Source: Caedibacter taeniospiralis (GTDB taxonomy: Bacteria > Pseudomonadota > Gammaproteobacteria > Francisellales > Francisellaceae). From it: a stretch of 32,000 bases of DNA. The first letter of the stretch is position 1. Each line of letters starts with the position of its first letter. The translations under genes were made by a program, and so were the position numbers. The notes beneath the pieces are model-generated. The model ran no database searches, had not been told where the DNA came from, and worked only from the letters and a program-made list of their open reading frames with translations. This document shows positions 26,807 through 32,000 of this stretch, piece by piece. The DNA lies in NCBI RefSeq assembly GCF_002803295.2, contig NZ_PGGB02000004.1, positions 8,841-40,840 of the forward strand. Direction: 5' to 3'.

Positions 26807-27757
26807 GAAACAGATTTGCCAGGGAAGCTGATATTCTTTTAGGGTTTGAAACAAACTATAAAATGCTTGGATATGTTTAGGAAACAGACTGATTGTGATC
26901 GGTGCATAGCGATAATTTCCAAGCACACACTCAGACATATTGATATTAGTCCCTTGCTCGGTAAATAACTGATAACTTAAACTTGGCCATAGCCAGCTTG
27001 TCCAATCCGTATCCTCGCAGCCTAACTGCACTTTATCCCCTGGTAAGTGAGCCTGCCAGTCTTGTGAGGTTGTATCGGGTGAAATTTGTTTTTTAATAAC
27101 GTTTAATAAAGGCTTTACCTGCATAAGTTTGACACTCAAACCCATAGCAAGGAAAGCCTCCATTAAAGTGGTCACTGAGGCGGCATGCTGTAGCCTTACT
27201 TCATTAATCACGTGTAAAAAATGCTGCACTTTTGCTGAGATCTTGACATTTTGATCTTTAAACCGTTCAGCTTTATTTTTGTATGCCTGTTTTTGCGCTG
27301 GTGCTGATAATAACTCAGATGAACTCCAGATACATAAGTAGCATTTTTCAAATACACAGACCTCTGCAAGCTTTGTTCTTTTGGCATCAAAGTAATCACC
27401 AAGAGCCAAGCCTAATCGTTTAGCGCTTGTTTTTGAAGGTAACAACAACTCATCGACTTCTTGCACTGTGTTTTGCGCATCATAGCGAAAAAAACACTTA
27501 ATTTTTATCCCTTGTTTTTTTAACAAAGGAGTTAAGGTGTTTGTAATTTTTTCACATAGATAATGATATTCATCATTGCCGACCATATGTTTAACGCCAT
27601 TGATTTCCAGCACAGAAACCAAACTGCCATCTGTAGTAATCAAACTATGCTCATCATCAGCACTTTCAAGTTCACAATAATTATAAATTGTCTTATTGCT
27701 GATGTTATTTAACCAAGCAAACAGCCCTTCAATAGTGTTATACAAAAAATTCATCAT
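26804..27757 (-). CDS. dotO: Dot/Icm ATPase DotO/IcmB, N-terminal part, ending at in-frame TGA
   Basis: DotO N-terminal domain (ELESADDEHSLITTDGSLVSVLEINGVKHMVG...) in the same frame as the ATPase ORF. Ends ...LPWQICF*. Confidence 0.9.
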   Translation of the reverse strand: MMNFLYNTIEGLFAWLNNISNKTIYNYCELESADDEHSLITTDGSLVSVLEINGVKHMVGNDEYHYLCEKITNTLTPLLKKQGIKIKCFFRYDAQNTVQEVDELLLPSKTSAKRLGLALGDYFDAKRTKLAEVCVFEKCYLCIWSSSELLSAPAQKQAYKNKAERFKDQNVKISAKVQHFLHVINEVRLQHAASVTTLMEAFLAMGLSVKLMQVKPLLNVIKKQISPDTTSQDWQAHLPGDKVQLGCEDTDWTSWLWPSLSYQLFTEQGTNINMSECVLGNYRYAPITISLFPKHIQAFYSLFQTLKEYQLPWQICF

Positions 27758-27772
27758 TCATCCATTGTTACT

Positions 27773-28558
27773 CTATTCAAACACAAACCCCGACGCGGTA
27801 TATACTTTGTATGTCTGACTGTCTATTTTTAGTACTTTGCCATAACCTTCTAGTTGCGAACCTTCTTTTATCGTAAACGACCTGCCTTTCTTATCTTCAA
27901 GCCAGGCAATGCCATCGATAATAGCGGTTAGACGCAATTTTTCATTCATGTTGATCTCTTTGGCATTCATGTATTGCAATTGCCGTTGAAGCTCAGCGAC
28001 AAGTGAAATCAAGGTTTTACTCTGATCGCTTTGTTTCATCTCAGCCAGTGCAGTCACCACACTCTGTATGGTTTTGAGGAGTTCATCCTGCTGAGACTCT
28101 AATTTTTTAATGTGCTGAGCAATTTCAATGCTTGTTTTCTCATAGCGCTTATTGGCATCACGCTGCTCTTGATTCCAGCTATTGAATTGTTTTTCCATTT
28201 CATTTAAACGCTTTATTGTTGACTCACCAGCAGCAGCACTAACCGCGGGCTGTTGTGTTTTAACAAATGCCGCATTCTCATTAAACACCGCTTTAGTTTG
28301 CGTCTTTATCTTGGCAGGTTCATTATCGCCCCCACCAAACAGTGTCCCCAGAACGAAGTAAGCACCAAATAGAAATATCAGTCCTGCAACCCCATACAGA
28401 AGATGAATTTTCTCAAATTTGATCTGCTTTAATTTTTGAGTTACTCCAGGTTGAGCTTTGTCGTCAATCCTGTCTGCTGAGACTTCATGCTCATCACGCT
28501 GCTGATCCTTTAACTGTTTATTTTGGTCTGTATCTTCAAAAAAATCATAATTACTCAT
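27773..28558 (-). CDS. dotF: Dot/Icm protein DotF/IcmG
   Basis: Cytosolic N-terminus, single TM (IHLLYGVAGLIFLFGAYFVLGTLF), periplasmic coiled coil, C-terminal ...AIIDGIAWLEDKKGRSFTIKEGSQLEGYGKVLKID. Confidence 0.85.
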   Translation of the reverse strand: MSNYDFFEDTDQNKQLKDQQRDEHEVSADRIDDKAQPGVTQKLKQIKFEKIHLLYGVAGLIFLFGAYFVLGTLFGGGDNEPAKIKTQTKAVFNENAAFVKTQQPAVSAAAGESTIKRLNEMEKQFNSWNQEQRDANKRYEKTSIEIAQHIKKLESQQDELLKTIQSVVTALAEMKQSDQSKTLISLVAELQRQLQYMNAKEINMNEKLRLTAIIDGIAWLEDKKGRSFTIKEGSQLEGYGKVLKIDSQTYKVYTASGFVFE

Positions 28559-28636
28559 GTACTTTTACCCTTTGCCTTATGTTTACTTTAATTAACTGGA
28601 ACGTACTTTGGCTTGTGCAAATAATTCGCCCAAGCG

Positions 28637-28674
28637 TGTCAGTGTGAGTAATCAGTGTCACACTCACACTGACA
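28637..28674. promoter_or_regulatory. Perfect 13-bp stem, 12-nt loop hairpin between dotG and dotF
   Basis: TGTCAGTGTGAGT (28637-28649) / ACTCACACTGACA (28662-28674). Confidence 0.75.
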
Positions 28675-28720
28675 ACTCACACTTCGCAATGGGCGGAAAT
28701 ATGGCCCACCGCTCGTACCT

Positions 28721-29896
28721 TTACATTTCAATTGACGGTGTTTTAACATCCTGCATCATCAAAATCCCTATAGCACTACCTTGATCCAGGGTGACTGTCG
28801 GAGGCTTATCAAATTCTTTTGACATCGAACTACTCAATGCCGTACCAATCTGCCCCAACCCAGAGTATGCCGCTTTTTGTGCAGTCAGCTCGGCTTCACT
28901 ACCCTGGCAAATCCAGCCGCTGCAAGAGTCTTGATAACACACGCGATTATTCTCCGCATTACTAAAGTAGGTACCAAATCCTTGCAAAAAGGATGATGCA
29001 AATAGACTGCCATAACGTAGCAGATAGTGATGATCCGCATCGCTAGCTAAGGCAGTTTGTGCAGTATTCTGGTCAATGGCATAAGCATTGATTGAGATAC
29101 TGGCTGCTTGAGTGGGCATAGATAAGGTATTAAACTTCACAACAAGTTTATCCTCCTCCCTGACAAAACTACCCAATAGTTTTGCATGCTTATAAGGTCC
29201 CACGACAACATGCGCCAAAACAGGGGTGTTTGGTTGATCACTATTAACACTCGTATCAATAACCGCGATTAAAATATCACCTGCCTTAAACATTGCCACT
29301 GCCGCATTCTTATTCAAGGCCGCCTGACCTGTAAAACTATTATTAGCAAGGTCACTAAACTCAGCGTTCATTGCAGGAGACTTATTCCACGCCTTTAAAA
29401 TAACTTCAAAGTTTTTTTGCACAGTTTTAGGGTCAAGTACAGCTTCATCCTGCGTGGCACTTAAATTTTCTGCCAAACCTTGTCCCCCTGCGCCAGAATC
29501 ACCATTTTTTAACTTTTTCTGCTGGTGCTTATAATCATAAAACGCCACAGGATCCATCTGCTTTTGCACATTAGCACTGGGAGTCTCATTGTCCTCTGGT
29601 TGTTTTGCTGCCGAGGTAGCAAAAACGTCTTCAATATAGCTGCTACTACTTTCTTCAGCCTGATGAATCTGCTGTTTTCTTGCTTCTTCGAGCAGTTTTT
29701 GATGACTTCCATCCTGTATGGGATTTTTGGTAGTTGCTTCAATTTTTTGTTCTTTTATCTCAGATTTTAAATAAGTCTGATTGCTTTTAGAGCACGTCGA
29801 TAACATCCCAACAGAAATACCAATAATCAGCACAAAAATAATCAACACTCGTATCCGAGGATGATTTTTCAAAAATTTCAACATCTCTTTACGCAT
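28721..29896 (-). CDS. dotG: Dot/Icm protein DotG/IcmE, short VirB10-domain form
   Basis: N-terminal TM (RIRVLIIFVLIIGISVGML), then VirB10-like DPKTVQKNFEVILKAWNK...AGDILIAVIDTSVNSDQPNTPVLAHVVVGPYKHAKLLGSF...YLLRYGSLFASSFLQGFGTYF...VTLDQGSAIGILMMQDV. Confidence 0.88.
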   Translation of the reverse strand: MRKEMLKFLKNHPRIRVLIIFVLIIGISVGMLSTCSKSNQTYLKSEIKEQKIEATTKNPIQDGSHQKLLEEARKQQIHQAEESSSSYIEDVFATSAAKQPEDNETPSANVQKQMDPVAFYDYKHQQKKLKNGDSGAGGQGLAENLSATQDEAVLDPKTVQKNFEVILKAWNKSPAMNAEFSDLANNSFTGQAALNKNAAVAMFKAGDILIAVIDTSVNSDQPNTPVLAHVVVGPYKHAKLLGSFVREEDKLVVKFNTLSMPTQAASISINAYAIDQNTAQTALASDADHHYLLRYGSLFASSFLQGFGTYFSNAENNRVCYQDSCSGWICQGSEAELTAQKAAYSGLGQIGTALSSSMSKEFDKPPTVTLDQGSAIGILMMQDVKTPSIEM

Positions 29897-30752
29897 CCTT
29901 TATATTAATTTTTTGCAAACCTGAATCATTTGAAATCATAACCACTGGAGTTGGGACAATCTCATATACGTTGGTTACTCCCATTGATTTATCTTCAATA
30001 TGACTAACATAACTTGGGGAAATCAGCGTTCCAGAGGTTAAAATCAAATAGTGATTCTGATAAAGCCAAAACTGCGCTACATTTTCAGCACCAGAAGCGG
30101 ATAATTTTTTAGCACCTGCAGGGACAATACCTGAGAGTAATGACAATAGATAAGAACTCTGCGTAACCCCATTTAACTGTGTATCGTCTTCAGGCTTAGC
30201 AACCCGGATATACAACTCATAGTCCCACTCTTTCTGCGTTGATTGCAGCATTAAAGTTATAGGGGTTGTACGCCCCTGCAACATCACAGCCATATTGGTA
30301 TTGGCATACGGTTTTTTAGACTGAAGCATAATAATTCCGCCTTTTTTATCCCAATTTACCGCAAAATTCTCGGCATCGCCGATGACATAACTGGTTACTG
30401 GCCACACCATTCCTTGTGAATCGGTAAAAATAACCGAACTCACCACCCCGATGCCTAGTCGAACATTGGGAGGAGCGGTGACAAATCCTGGCTTGGTATT
30501 AGCAACAACGATGCGCGAAACACCATTCACGTCGCTCATTGCAGGCATAACGGCGGCAGCCTTTTGTCTTGAACTGATTTCGGTTTTCGATTGTTCAATA
30601 TCACCAGGTGTCAGCGGAAACATGTTATTAACAATGCTATTCACCACGGCATGATCACTGCCACATGCCATATTCATCAGTAGCAATCCACCTATCCCCA
30701 ACAGACCCTGCCAAGAAATTCGGGGAATACGCAAATAAGTTGCTGATTTCAC
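29889..30752 (-). CDS. dotH: Dot/Icm outer-membrane-complex protein DotH/IcmK
   Basis: Signal-like N-terminus; VIFTDSQGMVWPVTSYVIGDAENFAVNWDKKGGIIMLQSKKPYANTNMAVMLQG matches the DotH pattern. Confidence 0.88.
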   Translation of the reverse strand: MKSATYLRIPRISWQGLLGIGGLLLMNMACGSDHAVVNSIVNNMFPLTPGDIEQSKTEISSRQKAAAVMPAMSDVNGVSRIVVANTKPGFVTAPPNVRLGIGVVSSVIFTDSQGMVWPVTSYVIGDAENFAVNWDKKGGIIMLQSKKPYANTNMAVMLQGRTTPITLMLQSTQKEWDYELYIRVAKPEDDTQLNGVTQSSYLLSLLSGIVPAGAKKLSASGAENVAQFWLYQNHYLILTSGTLISPSYVSHIEDKSMGVTNVYEIVPTPVVMISNDSGLQKINIKDA

Positions 30753-31048
30753 AATATATTTAAACCAAGTATGATTTCAATGGCAGCTATACTAAAGCGC
30801 TATAAATAAATATTCTTCTTTATGGAATAAATCTCATCAAATTGATGAGCATGAACCTCAATCGTGCGTCTACATGAAACAAAGATTAACTTAACACATC
30901 AATAAGTGACATATAGGTACATAATTTAAATACAAATCACATTGTTTTTACTATAGAATCCACCTGTCGCTGGTTTTGGGTATTTTGTTGCAGAACGGGT
31001 TGCAGTACCGATAGCGTGGCGAGTTGAAACTAAATAGGAGAGTAAGCA

Positions 31049-31510
31049 ATGGACAATATAGTAGATACCTTGATGGACACCTCGCGTAGGGTTCTGTACG
31101 CACTGGACTTCAATAAGAAAAATGGAAGTGTTATCAATGAGGCGCGTTTAAAGTTTTTTCCTTCAGATACGGTGTTTCACATCGTCACCGTCATTCCTAG
31201 GGTTCATGATGCAACAGGGATTCTACGAGATGTGATCGACGAGTGCAATGAAGAGCGTTTAAATATGTCTAGGAGCACTCTGAGAAACCTGGTAGAGCCA
31301 CTAAGATCCGAGTATAGGCTACAAACGGCAGTTATTATCGACAATTCGACCAGCAATGCAATTAAAGAGTATGTTGAACAACATCGCATCGACTGTGTTA
31401 TTTTAAACGGTCGAAAGCATGGGTTTTGGGGGCGTTATATCTCAGGTGAGCAAGAACGTATTATCAACGTACTCGACTGCGACGTGATCATCGCAAAAAA
31501 ATCCTGTTGA
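31049..31510 (+). CDS. UspA-like universal stress protein
   Basis: Usp-like fold pattern RRVLYALDFNKKNGSVINEAR...NAIKEYVEQHRIDCVILNGRKHGFWGRYISGEQERIINVLDCDVIIAKKS; TAGGAG SD upstream. Confidence 0.8.
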   Translation: MDNIVDTLMDTSRRVLYALDFNKKNGSVINEARLKFFPSDTVFHIVTVIPRVHDATGILRDVIDECNEERLNMSRSTLRNLVEPLRSEYRLQTAVIIDNSTSNAIKEYVEQHRIDCVILNGRKHGFWGRYISGEQERIINVLDCDVIIAKKSC

Positions 31511-31821
31511 AGCGATTAAGACAGTAGTTTGATGTGATGGCTGATGGCGTCGTATATACACTCTCGCAGGTTGTCTCTGACACCAATGGCATTCGTTAGG
31601 GTTGGACATTAGACTTCAAGTAAACATTCTGGCGAATATATATGCTTTGACGCGTCTGGTGGCGTGTCACATGCTCCTCGTAGATTGCTTCGAGGTTGCG
31701 CTTGCGCTGGCGATTAATCTGTTCAGCGAACTGAATTTTCTCTCCAAACTGATTACCTTTCAAATCTAAGCACTACCGTCTGTTTTAAAAACCTTATTTT
31801 AATAAACATCCATTTCCTTAA

Positions 31822-32000
31822 TTGTACAATATCATTGACGCTAACAATATGGAAAATCAGCCACTAGAAATATTGGTTACTGGGCATAGCTTAGGTGGAG
31901 CACTTGCAACACTTGCTGCATATGATATTCAGAAAAATATATCGCCAACGGCGACGCTTAAGCTTGTCACTTTTAACTCACCAAGAGTCTTTAACATGGC
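31822..32000 (+). pseudogene. Class 3 lipase/esterase-like fragment, running off the window
   Basis: Frame reads ...NIIDANNMENQPLEILVTGHSLGGALATLAAYDIQKNISPTATLKLVTFNSPRVFNM. The GHSLGG nucleophile elbow is present, but an in-frame TAA (31819-31821) leaves no room for the usual upstream domain. Confidence 0.5.

Noticed and set aside
24803-27757. Genome-wide reassignment of TGA to Trp or another residue
   Set aside because: dotL (ATGA overlap) ends with TGA at a sensible C-terminus, and proteins here use TGG normally (for example LPWQICF), so TGA is still a stop.
5842-30752. Interpretation as a simple conjugative plasmid transfer region
   Set aside because: No relaxase or pilus genes are seen and dotN/icmJ is present, but conjugation cannot be excluded without flanking sequence.
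29889-30752. DotH as a lipoprotein replacing the lost DotC lipid anchor
   Set aside because: The leader ends LLLMNMAC. Asn at -3 does not fit the usual lipobox, so this is too weak to report as a finding.

Overview
This 32 kb window, mostly minus strand, is dominated by a compact Dot/Icm-type (IVB) secretion locus. I recognise, from right to left, dotH/icmK, dotG/icmE (short), dotF/icmG, dotO/icmB, a 165-aa unknown, dotI/icmL, icmV, dotA, an accessory block of unknown proteins and regulators, dotE/icmC, a dotP/icmD-like gene, dotD, dotC, dotB, icmT, dotL/icmO, a 98-aa acidic protein (weak IcmS-like candidate), dotM/icmP and dotN/icmJ. The strongest anomalies are: (1) dotO is split by one in-frame TGA with the same frame open on both sides; (2) dotC has no signal peptide or lipobox, and an in-frame stop plus the dotD overlap leave no room for one; (3) a block of unknown coiled-coil, low-complexity and secreted proteins lies between dotA and dotE; (4) five LuxR-type HTH regulators and one OmpR-type response regulator surround or sit inside the locus; (5) ten perfect copies of a 7-bp repeat lie about 27 bp upstream of a secreted stalk plus beta-helix-like surface protein, a possible phase-variation tract; (6) stable intergenic hairpins lie between dotG and dotF and between dotE and icmD. 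The left edge holds the C-terminal end of a sensor kinase. The right edge holds a UspA-like gene and a lipase fragment. Family calls come from recognising protein motifs by eye, with no database search. The organism is probably a Legionellales-like gammaproteobacterium (inference).
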